DNA of 25,064 nucleotides from Armatimonadota bacterium. Lineage in GTDB: Bacteria; Sysuimicrobiota; Sysuimicrobiia; Sysuimicrobiales; Kaftiobacteriaceae. Below, piece by piece: positions 1 to 9,008 of this stretch (within the stretch, counting starts at the first letter, position 1; every line of letters starts with the position of its first letter). The position numbers and the translations under genes are program-made. The notes under the pieces are model-generated. The model worked only from the letters and a program-made list of their open reading frames with translations, was not told the DNA's origin and did no database searches. The stretch covers positions 1-25,064 of the forward strand of contig JBBIUY010000012.1 in the NCBI GenBank assembly GCA_037440005.1. The letters run 5' to 3'.

Positions 1-2
1 CC

Positions 3-311
3 CTAGGCGTCGCGGCGGAGCTCGCCCTCGGGCCCGGAGACCAGCCGGCCCCCGTCCACCTCGGTGGCGGTGATGCGGTAGGCGCGGTCGAGGGTCACCC
101 GCAGGCGCATCAGGCGGTTGCACCGCACCCCCAGCACGTCTTTGGACAGCCGGTATCCGGTGAGGTCCCCGTCGAACTCCTGGGTCAGGTCCCACCGGGG
201 GTCCACCCGCACCCGCACCACCTCGCCGCAGTGGTCGCACCGCACGTGAAACACCAGCGCGCCGGCGCCCCGGGTCCCCAACAGCGCCGCCAGCCTGCGC
301 AGGATGCTCAT
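3..311 (-). CDS. Small hypothetical protein (102 aa) with CxxC and a further Cys; possible metal-binding beta-ribbon
   Basis: ATG at 311 preceded by GGAGGG; protein MSILRRLAALLG...RCDHCGE...GVRCNRLM; protein-like composition unlike the shadow frames. Confidence 0.7.
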   Translation of the reverse strand: MSILRRLAALLGTRGAGALVFHVRCDHCGEVVRVRVDPRWDLTQEFDGDLTGYRLSKDVLGVRCNRLMRLRVTLDRAYRITATEVDGGRLVSGPEGELRRDA

Positions 312-414
312 CGGACGTCCCTCCGGGCAGAGGGTTCCCCGCCGGGGGCGAAATCCCCGCCGCCGCCGGCGGGGCAGGAGTTGGCCGCCCCGGCGGGCAA
401 GTGAAGCAGCGCCC

Positions 415-2154
415 ATGACCTACCAGGCGCTGGCTGATGCCTACGCCCGCATCGAGGCGACCACCTCCCGGCTGGAGATGACGGCGCTGCTGGCGGACCT
501 GTTCCGCCAGACGCCCCCCGACCTGATCGGCCGGGTCGTCTACCTGACCCAGGGCAAGCTGTATCCCGACTACGAGGGCGTGGAGATCGGCGTGGCCGAA
601 AAGCTGGCGGTGCGCGCCGTGGCGGCGGCCGCGGGCTCAGACCCCGACGAGGTCGAGCGGCGCCTGGCCCGGACCGGCGACCTGGGGCTGGTGGCGGAGG
701 AGCTGCTGGCCGCCGGCGAGGCCCGGCGGGCCACATTGACGGTGGCCGACGTGTACGGGGAACTGGACCGCTCGGCCCGCGCCTCGGGCAAGGGCGCCCA
801 GGCCGCCAAGCTGGAGATCCTGGCCGGGCTGCTGCGCCGGGCCACGCCCGCGGAGGCCAAATACATCGTGCGCACCGTCACCGGCCGGCTGCGCCTGGGC
901 GTGGGGGACATGACCGTCCTCGATGCCCTGGCGACGGTCTTCGCCGGCGGCCGGGAGGCCCGCCGGGGCCTGGAGCGGGCCTACAACCTCACCTCGGACC
1001 TGGGCTACGTGGCCGAGACCGCCGCCCGGGGCGGGCTGGACGCCATCCGCCGGGTCCACGTGGTGGTGGGCAAGCCCATCCGGCCCATGCTGGCCGAACG
1101 GCTGGGCGACCCCGCCGAGCTGCTGGAGAAGATGGGCGGGCGGTGCGTCGCCGAGTACAAGTACGACGGCGAGCGCCTGCAGATCCACAAACAGGGGCTG
1201 CGGGTGGAGCTGTACTCGCGCCGGCTGGAGAAGATCACCCCGCAGTATCCAGACGTGGTGGAGCTGGTGGGACGCCACGTCCGCGCCGCCGACGCCATCC
1301 TGGAGGGCGAGGTGGTGGCGGTCGATCCCGACACCGGGGACCTGCGCCCGTTCCAGGACCTGATGCCCCGCCGGCGCAAGTACGGCATCGAGGAGGCGAT
1401 GCGGGAGATCCCCGTGGCGGTGTACCTGTTCGACCTCCTGTACGCCGACGGGGAGGACCTCACCGAGCGCCCCTATGCCGAGCGCCACGGGCGGCTGGAG
1501 CGGCTGGTGGAGGCCGGCGAGCGGATGTCGGTGGCCGCCTACCGGGAGGTGACCACCGTCCGCGAGCTGGAGGAGTTCTTCGAGCAGGCCGTCCAGGATG
1601 GATGCGAGGGGCTGGTGTGCAAGGCCCCGGGCGGAGCGTACCAGGCGGGGGCCCGGGGGTGGCTGTGGATCAAGTTCAAGCGGGAGTACCGCAGCGAGAT
1701 GACCGACGCCGTGGACCTGGTGGTGGTGGGCGCCTTCCACGGGCGCGGCCGGCGGGGCGGCACCTACGGGGCGCTGCTGATGGCCGCCTACGACCCCCGG
1801 GTCGAGATGTACCGCACCGTCTGCAAGCTGGGCTCGGGGTTCACCGACGAGTTCCTGGCCGAGCTGCCCCGCCGCCTGCGCCCGCACCAGACCGCGGACC
1901 GGCCCCGGTCGGTGGACAGCCGCCTGGAGCCGGACGTGTGGGTCCAGCCGGCCCTGGTCTTCGAGGTGATCGGGGCGGAGATCACCCTCAGCCCCGTGCA
2001 CACGGCCGGGTGGGGCGCCATCCGCGAAGGCGCCGGGCTGGCCATCCGGTTTCCGCGCTTCACCCGGGAGCGGCAGGACAAAGGACCCGCCGACGCCACC
2101 ACCGTGGACGAGCTGGTGGAGATGTACCGCCGGCAGCTGAAGAAGGCGGGCTGA
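415..2154 (+). CDS. lig: ATP-dependent DNA ligase, archaeal/LigB type (DNA-binding, adenylation and OB domains)
   Basis: Motif I EYKYDGER, LEGEVV, YLFDLLY, EGLVCK, WIKFK, DLVVVG, AIRFPRF; N-terminal DNA-binding domain; start taken at ATG 415 (MTYQAL). Confidence 0.95.
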   Translation: MTYQALADAYARIEATTSRLEMTALLADLFRQTPPDLIGRVVYLTQGKLYPDYEGVEIGVAEKLAVRAVAAAAGSDPDEVERRLARTGDLGLVAEELLAAGEARRATLTVADVYGELDRSARASGKGAQAAKLEILAGLLRRATPAEAKYIVRTVTGRLRLGVGDMTVLDALATVFAGGREARRGLERAYNLTSDLGYVAETAARGGLDAIRRVHVVVGKPIRPMLAERLGDPAELLEKMGGRCVAEYKYDGERLQIHKQGLRVELYSRRLEKITPQYPDVVELVGRHVRAADAILEGEVVAVDPDTGDLRPFQDLMPRRRKYGIEEAMREIPVAVYLFDLLYADGEDLTERPYAERHGRLERLVEAGERMSVAAYREVTTVRELEEFFEQAVQDGCEGLVCKAPGGAYQAGARGWLWIKFKREYRSEMTDAVDLVVVGAFHGRGRRGGTYGALLMAAYDPRVEMYRTVCKLGSGFTDEFLAELPRRLRPHQTADRPRSVDSRLEPDVWVQPALVFEVIGAEITLSPVHTAGWGAIREGAGLAIRFPRFTRERQDKGPADATTVDELVEMYRRQLKKAG

Positions 2155-2175
2155 CGCCGGCACGGAGGGCGCGAG

Positions 2176-3129
2176 GTGACCGCAGGAGCGGTGATTGCGT
2201 CGGCTTCGCCGCAGGCGCTGATGCGCCGGGTGCTGCTGTGGGCGTCGCGGCAGCCGGGACTGAACCGGTGGGCCCGGCGCCACGGCCGGCGCCTGGGGGC
2301 GTACCGGTTCGTGGCCGGAGAGTCCCTGGACGAGTGCGTGCAGGTGCTGCGCCGGCTGACCGCCGCGGGGTTCAAGACCAACACCACCCTCCTGGGGGAA
2401 GGCGTGCGGGACCCGGAGACGGCGGCGGCGGTGGAGGACGCGTACCTGGGGATTCTGGACCGGCTGGCCGCCGAGGGCCTGCCCACCAACCTCTCCCTGA
2501 AGCTCACCCACCTGGGGCTGGACCTGGGCGAGGAGGTGGCCGACCGGCACCTGCGCCGGATTGTGGCCCGGGCGGCGGAGCTGCGCACCTTCGTGCGCAT
2601 CGACATGGAGGAGTCCAACCGGGTGGACGCGACGCTGCGCATCTACCGCCGCCTGCGGGAGGACGGGTGCGACAACGTGGGCGCCGTCCTGCAGGCCTAC
2701 CTGTACCGCACCGAGCGGGACCTGGAGTCGCTGCTGCCGCTGCGCCCGAACCTGCGGCTGGTCAAGGGCGCCTACCTGGAGCCGCCCCAGGTGGCCTACC
2801 CCCGCAAGGCCGACGTGGACCGCGCCTACGTGCGGCTGTTGGAGCGGATGCTGCTGGACGGCGGCTACACGGCGGTGGCCACCCACGACGACAGGATCAT
2901 CGCCCACGCCGTCGCCTTCGCCCGCGCCCGGGGCGTCCCCGCGGACCGGTTCGAGTTCCAGATGCTGTACGGGGTCCGCCCCGGCCTGCAGGCCGACCTG
3001 CTGCGCCGGGGGTACCGGGTGCTGGTGGCCACCCCGTTCGGCGCCGAGTGGTTTCCGTACTTCATGCGCCGGCTGGCCGAGCGGCCGGCCAACGTGGGGT
3101 TCGTCCTGCGGTCGATGCTGCGGCGCTAG
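2176..3129 (+). CDS. Monofunctional proline dehydrogenase family flavoenzyme
   Basis: SLKLT, RIDMEES, LQAYL, LRLVKGAY, ATHD, EFQMLYG, YFMRRLAERPAN; GGAGG 7 nt before GTG 2176 (alternative start ATG 2221). Confidence 0.93.
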   Translation: MTAGAVIASASPQALMRRVLLWASRQPGLNRWARRHGRRLGAYRFVAGESLDECVQVLRRLTAAGFKTNTTLLGEGVRDPETAAAVEDAYLGILDRLAAEGLPTNLSLKLTHLGLDLGEEVADRHLRRIVARAAELRTFVRIDMEESNRVDATLRIYRRLREDGCDNVGAVLQAYLYRTERDLESLLPLRPNLRLVKGAYLEPPQVAYPRKADVDRAYVRLLERMLLDGGYTAVATHDDRIIAHAVAFARARGVPADRFEFQMLYGVRPGLQADLLRRGYRVLVATPFGAEWFPYFMRRLAERPANVGFVLRSMLRR

Positions 3130-3139
3130 GGAGTCGGCC

Positions 3140-4087
3140 TCACCTTGGCGCCAGGAAGGCGTCCAGGTCGCGGCGGTGCGGCGGGTCGGCGCCGGCCCGG
3201 GTGCACGTGAGCGCCGCCGCGGCGGACGCCACCTGCAGGGCGTGCCGCAGCGCCGCCGGGGACAGGTTCTCCAGCGCGGCCCGGGAGGCGGCGCCCAGTT
3301 CGCCCAGGGCGAACAGCAGCCCGGCGGTGAACGCGTCTCCGGCTCCCACGGTATCCACCACCGCCACCCGAGGAGACTCCACCTCCACCTCAACCGCCGT
3401 CGTCCGGGCGTAGGCGCCGCGGGCCCCCCGGGTGACCACTGCCAAGGCGGCTCCCAGCCCCAGTACCTCCTCGGCGACCTCGCGCGCCGAACGGTCCGGG
3501 AGGATCCAGGAGGCGTCGGCCAGGCTCATCTTGATCACGTCGGAGGCGGCGAACAGGTCCCGTAGCCTCCGGCGAAAGGCCTCCGGGTCGTCCACCAGGG
3601 CGGGGCGGATGTTGGGGTCGCAAGACAGCAGGCACCGCCGCCGCATCCGCATCACCAGGTCGGCGACGGTTCCCGCGGTGGTCCCCCGCACTAGGCTGAT
3701 GGAGCCGTAGTGGAGGACCGGCGTGTCCAAAAGATCCGGGGGCAGGTCGTCGGGTGTCAGCAGGGTGTCGGCCGTGCCCGCCCCGTAGAAGGCGAAGGAC
3801 GGCTCGCCGTCCGCGGTGGCTACAAACGCCAGGGTCGTGGGGGCGTTGGACCGGCGCAGAAAACGGGTGCCGACTCCCTCCCGGGTCAGCGCGTCCACCA
3901 GGAACCGGCCGAAGAAGTCGGTGGACACCTTGCCCGCGAACTCCACCGCGACCCCCAGCCGCGCCAGCGCCACCGCCACGTTGGCGGGCGACCCGCCCGC
4001 GTGCATGCGGAATCCCACGATGCGCCCCTGCTCCACGATGGGGGTGAAGTCGATCAGGATCTCGCCGATGGTGGTGATCGGGGCCAT
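3140..4087 (-). CDS. PfkB-family carbohydrate kinase (fructokinase-like)
   Basis: IGEILIDF, GGSPANVAVALARLG, DPNIRP, VVDTVGAGDAF; ATG 4087 overlaps the upstream stop (TGATG). Confidence 0.93.
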   Translation of the reverse strand: MAPITTIGEILIDFTPIVEQGRIVGFRMHAGGSPANVAVALARLGVAVEFAGKVSTDFFGRFLVDALTREGVGTRFLRRSNAPTTLAFVATADGEPSFAFYGAGTADTLLTPDDLPPDLLDTPVLHYGSISLVRGTTAGTVADLVMRMRRRCLLSCDPNIRPALVDDPEAFRRRLRDLFAASDVIKMSLADASWILPDRSAREVAEEVLGLGAALAVVTRGARGAYARTTAVEVEVESPRVAVVDTVGAGDAFTAGLLFALGELGAASRAALENLSPAALRHALQVASAAAALTCTRAGADPPHRRDLDAFLAPR

Positions 4088-4740
4088 CACAGGTGCCTGG
4101 CGTCGGCGCGGAACCGGCGCACCGCCTCCCGGGTGGCGGGCACCTCCGGCAGGGCGGCCAGCAGGCCGGGAGGCAGGGTCAGGGCGGGCACGCCCAGAAC
4201 CGCCAGCCGCTCCATGTCGCCGACGGTCCGCACGCTGGCCGCCAGCACCTGCAGGGAGGACCGCGGAGGCTGGACCGCCGCCAGCATCCTCCGCAGCAGA
4301 TCCCACCGGCCGCCGGGCAGCCGGCCCACGTAGACCGCCGCATAGCGGGCATCCACCGCCGCCGCCAGCACCGCCTGCCGCACCGACAGCACGGCGGTCA
4401 CCGTGACCGGTACCCCCTGCCGTCCGAGGAGGCGGGCCGCCTGGTACCCCGCGGCGGTGGCGGGGATCTTGACCACGACCCGGGAGGGGTCCAGGGCGTG
4501 CAGCGCCCGGGCCTCGTCCACCATCCCGGCGGGGTCGTCGGAGAGCACCTGGAGGTGGATCTCGCGCAGCGGGTCGGGCACCCCGCGCACCCAGGCGTCC
4601 AGGTCCGACCGACGGAGGCGCGCGCGGCGGAGCAGCGTGGGGTTCGTGGTGACGCCGTACACGTAGCCCAGGGCGGCGGCCCGGCGGATGGCCGCGCTGT
4701 CGGCGGTGTCCACCAACAGGTGCAGGGGCGGCATCGTCAC
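4087..4740 (-). CDS. Transaldolase-fold protein with fructose-6-phosphate aldolase (FSA) type residues
   Basis: LLVDTAD, GVTTNPTLL, HLQV, VVKIPAT (Schiff-base Lys), YAAVYVGR, LAASVR; GTG start overlaps the lacI stop (alternative ATG 4734). Confidence 0.88.
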   Translation of the reverse strand: MTMPPLHLLVDTADSAAIRRAAALGYVYGVTTNPTLLRRARLRRSDLDAWVRGVPDPLREIHLQVLSDDPAGMVDEARALHALDPSRVVVKIPATAAGYQAARLLGRQGVPVTVTAVLSVRQAVLAAAVDARYAAVYVGRLPGGRWDLLRRMLAAVQPPRSSLQVLAASVRTVGDMERLAVLGVPALTLPPGLLAALPEVPATREAVRRFRADARHL

Positions 4741-5762
4741 CGCCGGCCCGCCCGGCGCCGGCCGGCCCCGCAGGATTCGCGGACCACCAGGCGGGGCTGG
4801 AAGACGACGGTCTGGGCAGGGGTGCGGGGGTCGCGCAGGCGCTGCAGGAGCAGGCGGGCCGCGGCCACCCCCAGGTCGTAGCTGGGCTGGGCGACGGCGG
4901 TCAGCGGAGGCGTGAGGATCGGCGCCCAGGGCATGTCGTCAAACCCCACCACCGCCATCTCCTGCGGGATTTGCACCCCCAGCTCCTTGAAGCGCAGCAG
5001 GGCCCCCAGGGTCATCAGGTTGTTGGCGGTGAACACCGCCGTGGGGCGGTGGGGGAGGCTGACCATCCGCTCGGCCAGCGCGTAGCCGCTGTCCGCCTTG
5101 AAGTTCCCCTCCAGGATGAGCCGGCGGTCCACGGGGACGCCGGCGTTCCGGAGGGCCTCCACGTAGCCGGCCAGGCGCTCCCGGGCCGTGAAGACCTGCC
5201 GGGGGCCGCTGATGATGCCGATGCGCCGGTGCCCCAGCCGGAGGAGATGGCCGACGGCAGCCCGGGCCCCGGCGCGGTTGTCCACCAGCACCGTGTCCGT
5301 CCGCACCCCCCGCACGCGCCGGTCCACCAGGACCACGGGCGTCCCTCCCGCCAGCAGGGACCGCAGGAGGGCCAGGGGCCCGCCCGAGGGGGACAGGATC
5401 AGTCCGTCGACCCGCTTCTCCCGGATCACGCGCAGGTACGCGGCTTCCTTGCGGGGGTCCTCGTCGGCGTTGCACAGCATGACCGTGTACTGCTGGTCCA
5501 GGACCGTGTCCTCGATGCCGCGGACCACCGCCGCGAAGAAGGGGTTGGCGTTGTCCGAGACCACCACCGCCAGGGTGTGGGTGCGCCCCTTGATCATGCT
5601 CCGGGCGATGGCGTTGGGGTGGTAGTCCAGCGCCGCCGCCGCCTCCCGGACCCGCTGCCGGGTCTCGACGCTCACGTAGCCGTAGCCGCCCAGCGCGCGG
5701 GCCGCGGTGGTCACCGACACCCGCGCCCGCCGCGCCACGTCCCGGATGGTGGGCCCTCCCAC
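4737..5762 (-). CDS. LacI-family transcriptional regulator
   Basis: N-terminal TIRDVARRARVSVTTAARAL HTH, YHPNAIARSM hinge, C-terminal VVGFDD...PPLTAVAQP...LVVRESCG. Confidence 0.96.
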   Translation of the reverse strand: MGGPTIRDVARRARVSVTTAARALGGYGYVSVETRQRVREAAAALDYHPNAIARSMIKGRTHTLAVVVSDNANPFFAAVVRGIEDTVLDQQYTVMLCNADEDPRKEAAYLRVIREKRVDGLILSPSGGPLALLRSLLAGGTPVVLVDRRVRGVRTDTVLVDNRAGARAAVGHLLRLGHRRIGIISGPRQVFTARERLAGYVEALRNAGVPVDRRLILEGNFKADSGYALAERMVSLPHRPTAVFTANNLMTLGALLRFKELGVQIPQEMAVVGFDDMPWAPILTPPLTAVAQPSYDLGVAAARLLLQRLRDPRTPAQTVVFQPRLVVRESCGAGRRRAGRR

Positions 5763-5825
5763 GTCCTTCCCCCCTTCCGCAGGAGGAGTTTACGGCGGTG
5801 CGCCGAAAAACCCTGGTGACTTTCC

Positions 5826-5839
5826 TGAAAACGTTTTCT
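5826..5839. promoter_or_regulatory. Putative LacI-family operator between lacI and the isomerase operon
   Basis: TGAAAACGTTTTCT with perfect 12-bp palindrome GAAAACGTTTTC (5827-5838) and central CG typical of LacI sites; AT-rich in a very GC-rich background. Confidence 0.8.
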
Positions 5840-5874
5840 CAATCCGACCCCACCTCGCCTGCGAGGAGGTGCCT

Positions 5875-7290
5875 ATGCGGACACCCCGGATCGGCATCCT
5901 GACCTTCTCCGACGGCCGCCGGCACGTGCACGAGGAGCTGCTCCCCCTCACCCGGGACTTTCAGGACCGGCTGGCCCGGCGCCTGCGGGAGGCCGGGTGG
6001 GAGGTGGTTACCGGGCGGGACATCGTCTGGACCACCGACCTGGCCCGCAGCGAAGGGCGCTATCTGGCCGCCGAAGGGGTGGAGGCGACGGTGTTCAACT
6101 TTGCCATCTGGAGCTTCCCCCACCTCCCGGCCATCGCCAGCCAGTTCGCGCCGGGCCCGTTCCTCCTGTTCAGCAACATCAACCCCCGCTACCCCGGACT
6201 GGTGGGCATGCTGGCCAGCGCCGGCGCGCTGGACCAGGTGGGCGCGTTCTGCGCCCGGGTCTCCGGGGACGTGGCCGACGAGGCGGTGTTCGCCCGCGCC
6301 CTGCAGTTCCTGCGGGCGGCGGTGGCCGTCAACCGCCTGCGGGGGGAGACCTACGGGCTGATCGGCGGCCGCTCCATGGGCATGTACACCGCCCAGAGCC
6401 CGCTGGACCAGTGGCGGCGGCAGTTCGGGATCGACGTGGAGCACATCGACCAGTGGGAGATCGTGCGGCGGGCCGCCCTGGTTCCCGAGGACCGGGTGGA
6501 GGCGGGGTTCCGCTGGCTGGAGGACCACGTGGGCCAGATCCACTACGACGGCCGCAAGCTCACCCCCGAGATCCTCAAGCGGCAGATCCGCAGCTACCAC
6601 GCCCTGCGGGACATCATCGCCGAGTGGCGGCTGGACTTCTGCGGGGTCAAGGGCCAGCCCGAGCTCACCGACCACTTCTGCACCATGGACGTCGCCGAGG
6701 CCTTCTGCAACGACCCCTACGACTGGGAGGGCCCCCACGATCCCATCGTGTGCGCCACCGAGGCGGACATGGACGGCGCCCTGACCATGGAGATCTTCAA
6801 GCACCTGGCCGGCACGCCGGTTCTGTTCGCCGACGTGCGCCACTACGACGCCCGGGACGGCGTCTGGGATCTGTGCAACTCCGGGCAGCACGCCACCTAC
6901 TTCGCCGCCCGGTCGTTCCGGCCCGAGGACAACCTTCCCCGGGTGCGCTTCTACCCGGAGATCATCTACTTCCCGGCCGGGGGCGCCTCGGTGGCCCACA
7001 TCGCCGCTCCGGGCCCGGTGACCCTGGCCCGCCTGGCCCGGCGGCAGGGCCGCTACTGGATGGCCATCGTCCCGGCCGAGTTCGTGGAGTACCCGGAGGA
7101 GGAGGCCTGGCGCAAGGCGGAAGCCACCACCCCCGAGTGGCCCCACGCCTTCGCCCGGTTCCGGGTGTCCCCCGACGTCTTCCTGGCTTCCTACGACAGC
7201 AACCACATCCACGGGGTGTACGGGGACTACGTCCAGGAACTCCTGTGGGTGTGCCGGATTTTGGGGATCGACTGCCAGGTCTTTGCCTGA
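5875..7290 (+). CDS. L-fucose/D-arabinose isomerase family protein
   Basis: GGRSMGM, GIDVEHIDQ, ATEADMDGALTM, FADVRHY, DLCNSG, NHIHGVYGD; GAGGAGGT RBS before ATG 5875. Confidence 0.88.
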   Translation: MRTPRIGILTFSDGRRHVHEELLPLTRDFQDRLARRLREAGWEVVTGRDIVWTTDLARSEGRYLAAEGVEATVFNFAIWSFPHLPAIASQFAPGPFLLFSNINPRYPGLVGMLASAGALDQVGAFCARVSGDVADEAVFARALQFLRAAVAVNRLRGETYGLIGGRSMGMYTAQSPLDQWRRQFGIDVEHIDQWEIVRRAALVPEDRVEAGFRWLEDHVGQIHYDGRKLTPEILKRQIRSYHALRDIIAEWRLDFCGVKGQPELTDHFCTMDVAEAFCNDPYDWEGPHDPIVCATEADMDGALTMEIFKHLAGTPVLFADVRHYDARDGVWDLCNSGQHATYFAARSFRPEDNLPRVRFYPEIIYFPAGGASVAHIAAPGPVTLARLARRQGRYWMAIVPAEFVEYPEEEAWRKAEATTPEWPHAFARFRVSPDVFLASYDSNHIHGVYGDYVQELLWVCRILGIDCQVFA

Positions 7291-7303
7291 GGCCGGAGGC
7301 CGT

Positions 7304-9001
7304 ATGCCCAGGTTCACCGTCGGCGTCGACTTCGGCACCGAGTCCGCCCGGGCGGTCCTGGTGGCGGTGGACAGCGGGTGCGTGGCCGCCACGGCTTCCG
7401 CCGCCTACGCCCACGGGGTCATCGACCGGGCGCTGCCGGGCCGGCGCGAGCGGCTGCCCCCGGACTGGGCCCTGCAGCACCCCGGGGACTGGGTGCAGGC
7501 GCTGGAGCAGACGGTCCGGGCGGTGGTCGGCGGCGTGTCGCCGGAGGAGGTGATCGGCGTCGGGGTGGACTTCACCTCCTGCACCGTCCTGCCGGCCACC
7601 GCCGACGGGACGCCTCTGTGCCTGCTCCCCGACTTCGCCGACGAGCCGCACGCCTGGCCCAAGCTGTGGAAGCACCACGCCGCCCAGCCCTACGCCGACC
7701 GGATCAACGCCGCTGCGGAACACCCCGGTGCGGCGTTCCTGCAGTACTACGGCGGCAAGACGTCGTCCGAGTGGCTGTGGGCGAAGGGGTGGCAGGTGCT
7801 GGCCGAGGCGCCGGCGGTGGCGGCTGCCATGGACCGGTGGATTGAGGGTGGGGACTGGATCGTCTGGCAGCTGACGGGAGCCGAGGTGCGCAGCGCCTGC
7901 CAGGCGGGGTACAAAGCCCACTGGCAGAAGGACGCGGGGTACCCGCATCCGTCGTTCCTGGCATCCCTGGACCCCGTCCTGCCCCGGCTGCTGGCCTGTC
8001 TGGGTCCGCCGCACCCTGTGGCCGCGCGCGCCGGCGGCCTGACGAGCTCGTGGGCGCGCCGGCTGGGCCTGCGGCCCGACGTGCCGGTGGCGGTGGCGGT
8101 CATCGACGCCCACGCCGGCGCTCCGGCCGTCGGCGTGGCCGGGCCCGGGCAGCTGGTGGCCATCATGGGGACCTCCACCTGCCACCTGCTGCTGGATACC
8201 CGCCGGTATCCGATCCGCGGCATCGCCGGCGTCGTCGAAGACGGGATCCTGCCGGGTTTCTTCGGCTACGAAGCCGGCCAGGCGTCGGTGGGGGACATCT
8301 TCCAGTGGTTCGTGCGGACGGCGGTCCCCGGCCGCTACGGGTCCGAAGACGACGCCTTCCGGACGCTGGAGGAGCAGGCAGCCCGTCTGCGGGCGGGGCA
8401 GGCGGGAGTGATGGCGCTGGACTGGTGGAACGGGTGCCGCACGCCTTTGGTGGACGCCGACCTGTCGGGCCTGCTGATCGGCCTGACCGTCACCACCGAA
8501 CCCCACGAGATCTACCGCGCCCTGCTGGAGGCCACGGCCTTCGGGACCCGGCGGGTCATCGAGACCTTCGAGGCGGGGGGAGTGCAGATCCGCGAGGTCA
8601 TCGCCTGCGGGGGGCTGGCCGAGCGCAACCGGTTGCTCCTGCAGCTGACCGCCGACATCACCGGCCGCGAGGTGCTGGTCTCCCCGGTTCCCCACGCGTC
8701 GGCGGTGGGAGCCGCCATCTACGCCGCGGCCGCCGCCGGCCCCCGGGCGGGCGGATACGGGGACGTGCGCGACGCCGTGGCGGCCATGGGGGCGACGGAG
8801 CGCGTCTCCTACCGGCCCCGGCCGGCGGAGCAGCGCACCTACGACCTGCTGTACCGGGAGTACCTGGATCTGGCCCGCCACTTCGGCGAAGGCGGCTCGC
8901 AGGTGATGAAGCGCCTGCGCCGCCTGCGGGCGGGAGAGGAGGTGAGCGGCGGGCGGACGGTCGGACGGCAGGACGCTTCACCCAGGACCGGCGGGAGGTG
9001 A
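7304..9001 (+). CDS. araB: Ribulokinase (FGGY family, AraB-like)
   Basis: GVDFGTESARAV, DWALQHP, GVDFTSCT, KLWKHHAAQ, YGGKTSSEW, IDAHAG, MGTSTCH, LDWWNGCRTP; GGAGG RBS. Confidence 0.92.
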   Translation: MPRFTVGVDFGTESARAVLVAVDSGCVAATASAAYAHGVIDRALPGRRERLPPDWALQHPGDWVQALEQTVRAVVGGVSPEEVIGVGVDFTSCTVLPATADGTPLCLLPDFADEPHAWPKLWKHHAAQPYADRINAAAEHPGAAFLQYYGGKTSSEWLWAKGWQVLAEAPAVAAAMDRWIEGGDWIVWQLTGAEVRSACQAGYKAHWQKDAGYPHPSFLASLDPVLPRLLACLGPPHPVAARAGGLTSSWARRLGLRPDVPVAVAVIDAHAGAPAVGVAGPGQLVAIMGTSTCHLLLDTRRYPIRGIAGVVEDGILPGFFGYEAGQASVGDIFQWFVRTAVPGRYGSEDDAFRTLEEQAARLRAGQAGVMALDWWNGCRTPLVDADLSGLLIGLTVTTEPHEIYRALLEATAFGTRRVIETFEAGGVQIREVIACGGLAERNRLLLQLTADITGREVLVSPVPHASAVGAAIYAAAAAGPRAGGYGDVRDAVAAMGATERVSYRPRPAEQRTYDLLYREYLDLARHFGEGGSQVMKRLRRLRAGEEVSGGRTVGRQDASPRTGGR

Positions 9002-9008
9002 TCGGGTG

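Noticed and set aside
637..3413. Very long alternative-frame ORFs (637-3393 minus, 1143-3413 plus)
   Set aside because: Shadow ORFs over lig and the proline dehydrogenase; no family motifs; expected from stop-codon scarcity at this GC content
5778..5810. SigH-like promoters (AGGA-N17-GAA here; similar near 374, 15617 and 21351-21378 minus)
   Set aside because: Spacing and -10 match are inconsistent among sites; too degenerate to support without TSS data
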